Source of the DNA: a virus
Lineage: Duplodnaviria > Caudoviricetes
Direction: 5' to 3' (one strand)
Virus record (IMG/VR): IMGVR_UViG_3300037510_000114
Coordinates: 1-40,942 of that record
Length of the DNA: 40,942 nucleotides
Below the pieces are notes generated by a model. It made no database searches, was not told where the DNA came from, and was given only the letters and a program-made list of their open reading frames with translations. Position numbers and translations under genes: made by a program. This document shows positions 26,635 through 35,309 of the stretch, one piece after another. Every line of letters begins with the position of its first letter. Within the stretch, counting starts at the first letter, position 1.

Positions 26635-26993
26635 CCTTCCAGGTATGCCTCTTCGTGCTTGTCGATCGCGGCCGTGATCTCTTCCCAGCTATCGCGATCC
26701 AACGCGCGGAGCTGTGACAGCCGCGCCTTCTGATCGTCGTGGAGTTTCACCGGCCCATCTGCGTTCCAGAGGGACCAGGACACCAGATAGACGACGGCCT
26801 TGGCGAAGGGTGTCAACTGATAGTCGTGCTGTAGCTTGTTACGGCCCTGTTCGTCCATGCCGACGGATCGCAAGGCCAACAGCGAGACATCTTTCTCCTC
26901 GCCGATGTTCAGTTCTTTCTTGATCTCGATCCAGTCGCCGTCAGAGAGCGGGAGCCGCACCACATCGGGCTGCGGGAAACGATTCCTTGCCAC
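26574..26993 (-). CDS. tail assembly chaperone (gpG-like)
   Basis: AAGGA RBS and GTG 26993. Lies between tail tube and tape measure, contains LVSWSL..ADG, and ends in the slippery site. Confidence 0.8.
   Translation of the reverse strand: MARNRFPQPDVVRLPLSDGDWIEIKKELNIGEEKDVSLLALRSVGMDEQGRNKLQHDYQLTPFAKAVVYLVSWSLWNADGPVKLHDDQKARLSQLRALDRDSWEEITAAIDKHEEAYLEGKKSQAATTETTTSSTSAAA
26628..26634 (-). other. programmed -1 ribosomal frameshift slippery site A AAA AAG
   Basis: In-frame GGA AAA AAG (G-K-K) fits X XXY YYZ at the lambda G/GT-equivalent position. Confidence 0.8.
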
Positions 26994-27043
26994 AACACAC
27001 GTCCTTCTAGATGTGGCTCCGAGCACCATACCCGGAGCGTGAT

Positions 27044-27331
27044 CTATTCCACGATCGGATCACCCGTGACCCGGTACTGAGTGTCATTGAGTCGTTCGGC
27101 CGAGCGCCACACCCACAGACGCTGGCCGACTTGCAACTTCAGCGATTGCGGATACTGGTCGAACCAGAACCCATCGGGCTCCAGCGCCGAGACCGAGATG
27201 ATGGACGACGCCGACCCGCGCTCCACGTTGAGCGTCCAGGCTCCGAACCGCGCCGCGACGTGGTAGCCGTGACGCAGTTCCCCGGACATACCCTTGGCCG
27301 CGAGCGACGGCGTGACCATCAACTCAGACAT
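27044..27331 (-). CDS. hypothetical tail-region protein
   Basis: 95 aa directly after the tail tube gene. The N-terminal GMSGELR..Y..AA....WTL weakly echoes the tube N-terminus. Confidence 0.65.
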   Translation of the reverse strand: MSELMVTPSLAAKGMSGELRHGYHVAARFGAWTLNVERGSASSIISVSALEPDGFWFDQYPQSLKLQVGQRLWVWRSAERLNDTQYRVTGDPIVE

Positions 27332-27334
27332 GCG

Positions 27335-27736
27335 CTAGATCCCGTACACCCCGACGTTGCCGTTCGCGACCCACGATCCGCTGATCTCGACCGCGCCACC
27401 GACGGTGACGTTCATCTTGAAGTCCACCCAGGCCGGCCCGTAGACGTACGAGTTCGGCTTGTTGGTGATGTCGGGATAGAGATACAGCTTCACGCCGTCC
27501 GTCGAACGGCTCGCCGTATAGAGCGTGGTTTCGGTGTCTTCCCAGAATCCCGAGAAGTCGCCGGAAGCATCCGGCAGGCCAACGACGTTGACCTTGTTCG
27601 CATCGCGGAACGACGTGACATTGATCTTGTCGGTCGTGAAATTGACCGACCACGCCGCCTGCGTGATCGAGATCGCCGCCGTCGATCCGCTCGTGCTCAT
27701 GTAGACGGCGCCGTAGCGCCCTGCATGCCTAGACAT
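27335..27736 (-). CDS. major tail (tube) protein
   Basis: 133 aa with AWSVNFTTDKINVTSF.D..K..V.GL.DASGDFSGFWE, a typical tube pattern, upstream of the chaperone and tape measure. Confidence 0.8.
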   Translation of the reverse strand: MSRHAGRYGAVYMSTSGSTAAISITQAAWSVNFTTDKINVTSFRDANKVNVVGLPDASGDFSGFWEDTETTLYTASRSTDGVKLYLYPDITNKPNSYVYGPAWVDFKMNVTVGGAVEISGSWVANGNVGVYGI

Positions 27737-27917
27737 CGTTCACTCGCTTTTGTCCGCTCGACGCAGACATAGGACGAGGTGGCCGCAGGGCGTGCTCGTC
27801 TTCATGAGAATGGGACATAACCCCAGGTTGGGCGTCACGCCACTGCAGTACTTCCTTACCAAGCGCGATCAGATGCCGGCCGATCGCCCCTACGAGCCGA
27901 TGCGTTGATGGCGTCAT
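27729..27917 (-). CDS. small hypothetical protein
   Basis: ATGA overlap with the GT stop (MTPSTHRLVGAIGRHL...) and overlaps the tail tube start. Confidence 0.45.
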   Translation of the reverse strand: MTPSTHRLVGAIGRHLIALGKEVLQWRDAQPGVMSHSHEDEHALRPPRPMSASSGQKRVNDV

Positions 27918-28999
27918 GCCGCCGCCTCCTGATGCTGGTAGCGCCGGAGGTCTGTCATCATCTGCATCCCACGGGTAAACCACGTATGCCCGCGTCCGCG
28001 CAGTTGCGCGAGATCCGCGCATCGCCGGCGCCACACGTCGTCCGCGAGCGCGCGTCGGATCACCGCTTCACATTCGGCTGGCGTCGAGAACGTTGGCACG
28101 GCATCCCCGAAGATCTCCGCGACTTCCGCCCGTGGTTCACTGATCTGGAAACAGCCCACGGCCGACAATTCGTAGGCGCGCGGATTCATCGATTCCGCCC
28201 CCGAGATCCGTTCTTTCCCAGTCCACCCCTTCGTATTGCGATAGAGGTTGAGGCCCACCTTCGCGTGGCGATAGAGCGCGGCCGTGGTCTCGTTCTCCTG
28301 GATGCCGCCGCGCACGTACTGCCGCAGCGGACTCTTACGGGGCAGCTTCTTCCAGTGGCCGTAGAGCCCGAGATCGATCCCGGTCCAGTCGATCGACTCC
28401 AGGAACTGAATCCGTTCCTTGAACGCGGACCCCACGAACACGACGTCGTGCCGGGGGATCGCGCTCAGGTCTTTCGGGATGACATCGTGAACCCCGGGCA
28501 ACCACGCATGCGGCAGGTAGCGGATCGCCTGATTCGCACTACGGAGTCGCTCGACCACGCTACGTTCGTTCGTCCATACCACATGCGCTTGTTCGGCCCA
28601 TCGCGCTTCGTGGTCCGTGTCGTAGGGCGATTCGGTCAGCAGCAGCGCAATCGGGATCCGGCTATATCGCCGCCACGCCTTCAACACGGGAAGCGGGATA
28701 AACATGCCCGAGACGAACAGCACGAAGTCGGCCTCGTTCAACTGCGCGATCATCTGTGCTTCGCTAATCGCATTGAGCTGCACATGGAGAAACGGCGGTT
28801 TCTCGATCGCGGGATTGTCTTTCCGCTTCCGCTTCCACATCAGGTTCAGCACGTGCTTGAACGCGCCGAGTCGCTCGTCATACGCATAGGTGCCGACCTC
28901 GGCGCCGGCCGCACGCAGCCCTGCGACGACGCCATTGTCGACGTCCTTCAGGCTGAACGATGCCCCACCACTTACGACAAAAACTCGGGTAGGCTTCAA
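27914..28999 (-). CDS. glycosyltransferase, CgeB / Glyco_trans_1_2-like (GT-B)
   Basis: LLLTESPY, YLPHA, DVVFVGS...R, LYRHAKVGLN, NPRAYELSAVGCFQISE. Confidence 0.88.
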   Translation of the reverse strand: MKPTRVFVVSGGASFSLKDVDNGVVAGLRAAGAEVGTYAYDERLGAFKHVLNLMWKRKRKDNPAIEKPPFLHVQLNAISEAQMIAQLNEADFVLFVSGMFIPLPVLKAWRRYSRIPIALLLTESPYDTDHEARWAEQAHVVWTNERSVVERLRSANQAIRYLPHAWLPGVHDVIPKDLSAIPRHDVVFVGSAFKERIQFLESIDWTGIDLGLYGHWKKLPRKSPLRQYVRGGIQENETTAALYRHAKVGLNLYRNTKGWTGKERISGAESMNPRAYELSAVGCFQISEPRAEVAEIFGDAVPTFSTPAECEAVIRRALADDVWRRRCADLAQLRGRGHTWFTRGMQMMTDLRRYQHQEAAA

Positions 29000-29502
29000 T
29001 GCGCTAACTCCTCGCGCATGACCTGTCTAACAATCACCGGTTGCCAGCCTTCCACGATCGACGTCGAACTGACCCAAGGCGTGTAGGGCAAGGTCACCAT
29101 CGTGATGCCGTGATCGCGCAAGAACTCCGGCGTCAGTCCCATCTGCCGCATCAACGGTTCGCCCACCCAGTCGCTGCCATGCACGATGCAGTCAACGCCC
29201 GCATGCACGATGGCCGGCTTCGAGTCCTCGTCGCCGACGTTGAGGACCACGTGATCCACTAACCGACAGGCACTCAGCACCGCGATCCGATCGGCCAGAC
29301 ACATCACCGGCTTGCGCTTGTAGCGTTCGGCAAATTCGTCCGTGTTCACCCCGACGACGATCTCCTTCGCGATCCGCCGCGCCCGCGCCATAAGGGCCAG
29401 ATGGCCGCGATGGAAGAGATCGAATGTGCCACCGAGATACGCCCGTGCGAACGGTTCGGTCCGGCCGTACTGCTCGAGCAGATCGCGATCGGGCACGTTC
29501 AT
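28996..29502 (-). CDS. cytidylyltransferase, TagD/glycerol-3-phosphate CTase-like
   Basis: GGTFDLFHRGH (HxGH), VVGVNTDEF...YKRKPV, HGSDW, LPYT..VSST. Confidence 0.9.
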   Translation of the reverse strand: MNVPDRDLLEQYGRTEPFARAYLGGTFDLFHRGHLALMARARRIAKEIVVGVNTDEFAERYKRKPVMCLADRIAVLSACRLVDHVVLNVGDEDSKPAIVHAGVDCIVHGSDWVGEPLMRQMGLTPEFLRDHGITMVTLPYTPWVSSTSIVEGWQPVIVRQVMREELAH

Positions 29503-30083
29503 GCCAACTCCGCTCGGTAGTAGCGATGCGTCACGCCATCCGGCGAGGTTCGGTCATACGTCGCCATGACCACATAGCCCGCATGACGCAGGTCCGACTC
29601 GAACATCACCGGACGTGCTGTCCAGAGCGCCACGGTGCCACGACCATCCCCAGGGATGATGTCCACCAGCAACTGACGCGATCGGGTCTTGAACTCGGCC
29701 AGATACGCCACATGGTCCGCACGGTTGATGTGCGTGAAGACCGAAAAGCAACAGATCGTGTCGAAGGGACCTTCCGGCAGATCACACGGCTCGTCGAAAC
29801 TGCGCGCATGCACGCCCTGCGCATGGCAGTAGGCGACCGCATCAGCCGCGATATCCACGCCGAGATAGCCCTGACAGAGCGGGGCCAGACGACCTGTGCC
29901 GCACCCAACATCGAGCACATCGCCGAGTGGCAGATCCACTCCTAAGCCACGGCAGGCATCGATCAGGTCTGAGCAGTCCATGACAGACGCGGCTCCCGTC
30001 ATCATCGGCACGTTCGCCACGCCCTTGTTCCAGTAGGCGCGATCGCGGGTGACCTGCGAGATAGGCGCTTCAATTCTTGGCAT
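29499..30083 (-). CDS. class I SAM-dependent methyltransferase
   Basis: VLDVGCGTGRL, YLGVDI, FDTICCFSVFTHI. ATG 30083 overlaps the GT2 end. Confidence 0.88.
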   Translation of the reverse strand: MPRIEAPISQVTRDRAYWNKGVANVPMMTGAASVMDCSDLIDACRGLGVDLPLGDVLDVGCGTGRLAPLCQGYLGVDIAADAVAYCHAQGVHARSFDEPCDLPEGPFDTICCFSVFTHINRADHVAYLAEFKTRSRQLLVDIIPGDGRGTVALWTARPVMFESDLRHAGYVVMATYDRTSPDGVTHRYYRAELA

Positions 30084-30630
30084 ACAAGACCCCCGGCGCC
30101 TTCCCATGCCGAATGCCCGCCGCGACCAGGGCCTGCACCCATTCACCATCAGCCGTCTGATGCCCACCGGTCCACGGCACCTGTTTCATCGCCTCGCGCG
30201 TCACGAGAAAGCCGCCCACGTCGATGTGTCCGACCACCGGCTGCGCGCACCACGGCACGTAGCCCATGATGTCGAACAGCCAATCGCAGTAGACGAGCCC
30301 CAGCTTGTCGCGCTTCAGTGTCCCGGCCATGCGCTCGAGATACGTGGGCACGTAGTAGGCGTCATCGTTGGGGAAGCCCAAGACCGCGCCCTTGCTCATC
30401 TCAGCGCCGAGTCGCTTGACCGTCTGGCCCCAGTCGTTGAACCGATCGCAGGGGACGTGCTGGATTCGGTCGTCATCGATCGCCGCCACCACATCGAAGT
30501 TCACGCGATCGGGTGATTCGTCCATCACCAGGCATTGCCAGTCCTGATGCGTCTGGACCCGCAGGCAATGGAGCAAGACCGGCAGGAAGTGTGGACGATT
30601 GAACGCCGCGCAGATCAGCGAGACGGTCAT
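30070..30630 (-). CDS. glycosyltransferase family 2 (GT-A)
   Basis: VSLICAAFNRP..L...L..QT..DW..LVMDES, FPNDDAYY (DxD-like), ADGEWV. ATG 30630 in an ATGA overlap. Confidence 0.88.
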   Translation of the reverse strand: MTVSLICAAFNRPHFLPVLLHCLRVQTHQDWQCLVMDESPDRVNFDVVAAIDDDRIQHVPCDRFNDWGQTVKRLGAEMSKGAVLGFPNDDAYYVPTYLERMAGTLKRDKLGLVYCDWLFDIMGYVPWCAQPVVGHIDVGGFLVTREAMKQVPWTGGHQTADGEWVQALVAAGIRHGKAPGVLYAKN

Positions 30631-30875
30631 GCACGCCTCGCCATCCGCAGGCCTTGCACGACGCCGCGAATGACGCTCCATGCCAGACCGAATGCGACCA
30701 ACATCGCCGCTGTCCCGACAAGGTCAAGCGACGAGTAACACACCCCAGAGATCCATGCTTTCAGCGATAGACCAAGTAGCACTCCGGCGGCGGCGAATGC
30801 ACTCCCGGGCAGATCAGACGCTCGGCCTGTCCGCTTATCTGGCGGAGAAGAATTTGGAGAGAATGGTGTGACCAT
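30627..30875 (-). CDS. small 2-TM membrane protein
   Basis: AFAAAGVLLGLSL and LVGTAAMLVAFGLAWSVI, coupled to the GT2 start. Confidence 0.5.
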   Translation of the reverse strand: MVTPFSPNSSPPDKRTGRASDLPGSAFAAAGVLLGLSLKAWISGVCYSSLDLVGTAAMLVAFGLAWSVIRGVVQGLRMARRA

Positions 30876-30888
30876 CTGGTGTGACCAT
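30864..30888. repeat. tandem 12-bp direct repeat TGGTGTGACCAT (period 13)
   Basis: Copies at 30864-30875 and 30877-30888. Each is quasi-palindromic (ATGGT-gtg-ACCAT). Confidence 0.8.
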
Positions 30889-31302
30889 TTATGTGGTGGG
30901 CTGCGCCCACAATTCGTAAACACCACCGCACTGCTGTATGCGCTGATCGCCGTCTTCAATCACGCTGCGGTACCGTCGGCGTCGAATGCATTTCAGCAAG
31001 GTGTAGCCCGTGATCGTCAGCGTCGGATCCTGCAGTAATGCGTGGATCCGGTCGTACGCGGTCATGACGCCACTGGAGGACGGACTGTCGTCCATCGCCT
31101 CGATCGCATACTGCGTGGCCTGATACGCCGTGCCACGAAAGATCTGCTCGTCCACGTCTTCAGCCAGCGTAATCACGACGTAGGGCACCGCCGCATCCTG
31201 TGGCGCCAACTCCCACCACACGCCGCCCGGGGCTGCGGTCGTCAATGCCGCATCAGCGGATAACCGACTGACGAGGGCCTGATCGATCGCGCTCTGGCTC
31301 AT
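30889..31302 (-). CDS. tail completion/terminator protein (DUF3168-like)
   Basis: ALVSRL.AD..L...GVW...AP....PYVVI, located after the HK97 gp10-like gene. Confidence 0.8.
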   Translation of the reverse strand: MSQSAIDQALVSRLSADAALTTAAPGGVWWELAPQDAAVPYVVITLAEDVDEQIFRGTAYQATQYAIEAMDDSPSSSGVMTAYDRIHALLQDPTLTITGYTLLKCIRRRRYRSVIEDGDQRIQQCGGVYELWAQPTT

Positions 31303-31715
31303 ACGCCTGCACTGGACTCAAACGTCGCACCCGTCTGCCGCTCGACCATCGCTTCCAACCGCGAGACCATGATGGCGCGGTAGCGCACGGCTAACGGGAT
31401 GAAGATGTCGGCTGCCGGCATCACACCGCGATTCGCCCCGTTCCGTCGCAAATACCGCTGGACCGTGCCCTCTTCGAAGATGAACGCGATGTTGCTCTGA
31501 CTCTTCACCCGCCACGAGAGTGACCCGGTCTGTACCAGCTTCACGCCTCGCAGAAGGTTGCCGGTCTCGCCTTCGGGATACTCGGCTTTCAACGTGCGGA
31601 AGACCGACTCACTCACCTCGGCGATGATCGGCTCGGCCTCTCGGATCAACAGCGCGGGCATCTCCTGGATCGCCCGACGAATCTCGTTGAGGCCTTCGAT
31701 CTTGACGCCCGCCAT
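31299..31715 (-). CDS. HK97 gp10-like neck protein
   Basis: VKIEGLNE, P..ETGNL, FIFEEGT, GVMPA..IF.P. Confidence 0.8.
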   Translation of the reverse strand: MAGVKIEGLNEIRRAIQEMPALLIREAEPIIAEVSESVFRTLKAEYPEGETGNLLRGVKLVQTGSLSWRVKSQSNIAFIFEEGTVQRYLRRNGANRGVMPAADIFIPLAVRYRAIMVSRLEAMVERQTGATFESSAGV

Positions 31716-32059
31716 CAGACCTTCTCTTCACACGCCAACGTCAGTTGCACGTTCCGCTCGTAGCGGTTCGCAATGCCGCGAATCCAGAAGATCCGAGTGC
31801 CGAACACCACACGGCCCGTGACCAACACGCCGGCCACATACCGCACCGTGACGAGGTGCGAAACCTTGGCTTCTACCTGTCGCCCAACACGGCGTTCCAC
31901 ATTCGAGGCCGTCGCAGGTTCGATCGCCGCCCACCAACCGTTCGGCGTGAGGTCGGTCCACGTTTCCGTGAACCCGCCTTTCCCGTCCGGCACTCGTGGG
32001 CCTGGCACCTGAATCGTGACGCGCTTGTCCAGCCCGCCTGCATCAATTCCGATGTCCAT
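31715..32059 (-). CDS. head closure (head-tail joining, SPP1 gp16-like)
   Basis: AGGLDKRVTIQ...DG.GG..ETW....WA.IEP, VTVRY, RVVFG.R.F.I. Confidence 0.88.
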   Translation of the reverse strand: MDIGIDAGGLDKRVTIQVPGPRVPDGKGGFTETWTDLTPNGWWAAIEPATASNVERRVGRQVEAKVSHLVTVRYVAGVLVTGRVVFGTRIFWIRGIANRYERNVQLTLACEEKV

Positions 32060-32658
32060 CAGCTACACACCGGAAACGTCCGATACGGCCCAAGCAGGGC
32101 ATCAACCGCCTGCGGCAGCGTCGAGACGCTCGCTGGCGAGATCACCACCGATTCCCGGTTGCGATACCAGTGCGCGATCAGCAGTAACTGCGCCTGAACG
32201 ATCGGCAGCGGCACCTTCGTGGCGTCCCCGTAACCGGCGGTAAACCGCACCGTCACATTGCCCGACTCACAGCGCGCGATCGGCCAGTAGGTCGCATACG
32301 CCTGCTCGATCTTGGCCAGCGGCGCGGCCGGATTCACCGCCGAGCCCACCGCGCCGATCACCTTGTAGTTCGAGGTCGGCACGGTCTGCGTGACACCAGC
32401 GGTGTCCACGTACTTGACCGAGACCACCGACTGTAACGGCGGCTTCGGCAGATCGATACAGCACGAAAAGCCGTCAAGGATCAGATCCCACGTAGCCGTG
32501 ATCAACTGCCGTCCCGTGATCTCTTCGACCAACTGCCTAGCGGCCGTGATATAGCCCTCGATCAGGGCGTCGTCGTCCCCGAGATCCACCCGGCACTGCT
32601 GCTTCGCTGTGGCTAGATCGATCGGCTCCGACGTCGGCGGTGTCACCAGGCTGAGCAT
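32059..32658 (-). CDS. head-tail connector (HK97 gp6 / phiE125 gp8-like)
   Basis: PP..EPIDLATAK..CRVD..DDDALI...ITAAR..VE..TGR.LIT.TW, VRFTAGYG, LLIAHWY.NRE. Confidence 0.9.
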   Translation of the reverse strand: MLSLVTPPTSEPIDLATAKQQCRVDLGDDDALIEGYITAARQLVEEITGRQLITATWDLILDGFSCCIDLPKPPLQSVVSVKYVDTAGVTQTVPTSNYKVIGAVGSAVNPAAPLAKIEQAYATYWPIARCESGNVTVRFTAGYGDATKVPLPIVQAQLLLIAHWYRNRESVVISPASVSTLPQAVDALLGPYRTFPVCS

Positions 32659-32776
32659 CGGTGTCCTCGGTCTCCAGTCGCTCGGCCGTGCCCGCCTGTA
32701 AGGCGCCGATCACCGCCATCGGTGCGAAGTCTCGAACCTGCCCCGCATAGGGGCCGACCAGCACGCGTAGCAACAT
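32537..32776 (-). CDS. small hypothetical protein
   Basis: AGGA upstream and sits in the usual slot for a small post-capsid gene. Its C-terminal part overlaps the connector gene. Confidence 0.4.
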   Translation of the reverse strand: MLLRVLVGPYAGQVRDFAPMAVIGALQAGTAERLETEDTDAQPGDTADVGADRSSHSEAAVPGGSRGRRRPDRGLYHGR

Positions 32777-32788
32777 GGAAGATCCTGA

Positions 32789-33259
32789 CTAGGCCGCCGT
32801 CACAACAGCGCCGTCGTCGATCGGCAGATAGATCAACTTCCACTTCACCGACCCGGTATTGCTGGCCGCGCAGTTCAGGTCGATCGTCCCGATCGGCACG
32901 ACCACCGGGCGATCCGGAAGGACCGTCGCACCCGCGTTGGCGCCGACCATCGCATCAGCGAACGTGCCGGTGATGCCGAACAACGTGCCGACTTCCTTCG
33001 CCGTGATACTGAGGACCGCGCACAGATCCACGTCCGTGCCGGTCGTCGGATTTGAGACGATCTTCGTGTTGTTTGCCTGCGTCTGAATGACCGTTGTCAC
33101 TTCACCGATGATCCCGAGCACGGCGATGCGCCCACCGGCCACCGTGAAGAGCGCCGACTGCGTGGTCTGCGGCAGGGCCGCGGTCGCGCGATCGACCGAG
33201 AATCCGAGTCGAATCTGTGAGAAGGCCGCCTGATTGACGGCCCCTGGAATCGCTGCCAT
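32789..33259 (-). CDS. putative capsid-associated (decoration) protein
   Basis: GAAGGAG RBS. Beta-rich 156 aa directly downstream of the capsid genes. Confidence 0.65.
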   Translation of the reverse strand: MAAIPGAVNQAAFSQIRLGFSVDRATAALPQTTQSALFTVAGGRIAVLGIIGEVTTVIQTQANNTKIVSNPTTGTDVDLCAVLSITAKEVGTLFGITGTFADAMVGANAGATVLPDRPVVVPIGTIDLNCAASNTGSVKWKLIYLPIDDGAVVTAA

Positions 33260-33276
33260 GTCGTCTCCTTCAGGGC

Positions 33277-33756
33277 CTAATCAGTGATCGTCGTCGGCGG
33301 GTTGCTCTGCGGGAAACGCGTCTCCAGGAAGTACTGGATCGACGTGAGATTCGCCGCGTTCGAGGCACCCGTCTTGATCGTGATGCAGTCGAAGCCGTTG
33401 TTGGTGTCGAGCTGCGCCGGGTCGATCTGGAAGATGACCTGCTTGTGCTTCAGCGCCGCCGACGTGGTGTAGTTCACGGCGTCCGTCGCCCGCGTGAAAG
33501 TGTCCGCGGTCGCGGCATCTTCATTCGCCCAGATGGGCACGGCGTTGGCCAGCACCTTCTCCGAGGTGCCGGCAACGGCGGTCGCCTGATACGGCGTGAG
33601 TGCGACCGTGGCCGCGTTGCCCTGGTCCATGTAGACCACGATCCAGGCGCGGATGACGTTCTTCAGACTGACGTACTTGGCGGTACGCCCAGCGGCGTCG
33701 GTCGCCGGTGGGGCGCCCTCGACAATCTTGTAATGCTGCGGCAGCGTGATTGGCAT
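33277..33756 (-). CDS. putative capsid-associated (decoration/cement) protein
   Basis: GAAGGA RBS. Beta-rich 159 aa immediately after the major capsid gene. Confidence 0.65.
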   Translation of the reverse strand: MPITLPQHYKIVEGAPPATDAAGRTAKYVSLKNVIRAWIVVYMDQGNAATVALTPYQATAVAGTSEKVLANAVPIWANEDAATADTFTRATDAVNYTTSAALKHKQVIFQIDPAQLDTNNGFDCITIKTGASNAANLTSIQYFLETRFPQSNPPTTITD

Positions 33757-33784
33757 ATGCGTTGTCCTTCAGATCGTCCGCACG

Positions 33785-35107
33785 TTATCGCGCGGCGAGC
33801 GCCACGAACGGCGACGTGGTTGACGATCCGCTCTTGGGCGTCAGCGGGGCGTTCCATTCCGGCTGGCCATCCACGCGGTAGACGAAGCGGAAGACCGACT
33901 CGTCGTAGAGGAACCGGACGTGCATCGACACGGCGGACTGCACATCGCCCTTGTCGATCAGCAGATACTGCGTCGGATCGACCAGCATGATGTCGCCAAC
34001 CGAGCCGAGCGCGGCGCCGTATTCGTGGACGACGATGGGACGCCCGAACAGGGTCGAGAACGGCGCCGCCGATGCCCCACCGGCGGGCAGGAACACGGGC
34101 GCACCACCCGCGCCGACCTGCAGCGACATGGTGTAGAGCGCGGCCTCGGCGGACGGATCCACCAGCCAGATCGCATTGGCACGCGAGGGCGCGTAGAGCC
34201 GCGCCCACATGTTGATGATGTTGGTGTAGCTGATCGTCGCCGCGGCCTGGCCCGCATCCTTGGCCACGGTGATCGTGGCGCCCGAGTTCAGGAACCCCAA
34301 CGGCATACCGGCACCGGTGCCGTTGATGATCGAATCCTCGACGCGGAACTTGAGTTCCTGCGGCAGCTGCCGCTCCACCCAGGCCTGCAACGCCGCGGCG
34401 TCGGCCATGAGTTCGTCGGTGGTGTAGACCAGCGCCGCGATCTTGTTCAGCCGGAGCTTCATCTCGCGGAACTTCGGCTGGCTGGGCGTCTTCAGACCCG
34501 CTTCAGCGGTCCAGTACGACAAGATGCCGCCGAACCGAGACCCGTTGGCGCGGCTCGTTTCGTCGATCGCCGGCAGCGTGATGCCGTTCGAATTGGCGCT
34601 GATGGGGATCTTCGAGACGCGACCGAGCAGGTCACCGACGGCGTAGGTGCGCTCGAGGAGCGTGGACGCGCGATCGGTGCCGACCAGGAAGCCGCCATCC
34701 GAGCCGACGCTCTCATTCAGCCCGGTCGGACCAGCCATGAGGCGCTGGTCACGATGCCCGTGCGGCTTCGCGGCGTTGGCGACGGCCTGGAGCATCTCAC
34801 CGAAGCTGCCGAACTTGTCGGCGGCCTTGGGCTCCTCGACGCCCTTGCGGTCGTCGGCCTGCTGCTTGGTGTCTTCGTTGCCGTTGGGAACGACGGGGGC
34901 CTTGGTGCGCTCCCATTCCTGCGCGTCAAGCTCCATCTTCAGCTCGGCTTCTACCTCGCTGCGTTCGGTCTTGATCGCTTCGAACCGAGTCTTCTGCTCG
35001 GCCGTCATCCGCTTGTTGTCGTTCTTGTCTGCCGCAGACAGGAGCGCGCGCGCTTCCGTCTGAAGTGCGGCCTGCTGGTCCTGCAACGCCTTGAGGCGAG
35101 ACGCCAT
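33785..35107 (-). CDS. major capsid protein, HK97 fold
   Basis: AGGAG RBS 7 nt before ATG 35107. N-terminal coiled-coil delta domain, SDGGFLV, WTAEA, INGTGAGMPLG, TLFGRPIV, FRFVYRVDG. Confidence 0.95.
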   Translation of the reverse strand: MASRLKALQDQQAALQTEARALLSAADKNDNKRMTAEQKTRFEAIKTERSEVEAELKMELDAQEWERTKAPVVPNGNEDTKQQADDRKGVEEPKAADKFGSFGEMLQAVANAAKPHGHRDQRLMAGPTGLNESVGSDGGFLVGTDRASTLLERTYAVGDLLGRVSKIPISANSNGITLPAIDETSRANGSRFGGILSYWTAEAGLKTPSQPKFREMKLRLNKIAALVYTTDELMADAAALQAWVERQLPQELKFRVEDSIINGTGAGMPLGFLNSGATITVAKDAGQAAATISYTNIINMWARLYAPSRANAIWLVDPSAEAALYTMSLQVGAGGAPVFLPAGGASAAPFSTLFGRPIVVHEYGAALGSVGDIMLVDPTQYLLIDKGDVQSAVSMHVRFLYDESVFRFVYRVDGQPEWNAPLTPKSGSSTTSPFVALAAR

Positions 35108-35130
35108 CGCATGTCTCCTGATGGCACCCA

Positions 35131-35228
35131 CAACGCAAAAAGGCGCGCGAATCTGCTTGGCGCATGATTCGTCGCCTTCATCGGAAGGATCGGAGTCAAT
35201 GCGTCAGGCAAACTCGCGCGCCTCGTTG
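35131..35228 (-). promoter_or_regulatory. long hairpin with U tract directly upstream of the capsid RBS (attenuator, terminator or RNase III-like site)
   Basis: About 30-bp imperfect stem 35141-35170 / 35193-35223, inner CCTTC-atcg-GAAGG hairpin, CAACG/CGTTG extension, and TTTTT on the minus strand 3' of the stem. Confidence 0.6.
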
Positions 35229-35309
35229 GAGTGCGCGAATGTCTGCTTGCGTCAGTGCCGGACTACATCACTCAATGGAGGACGGAGGCGGCGAGACGAA
35301 AACCCAGTG

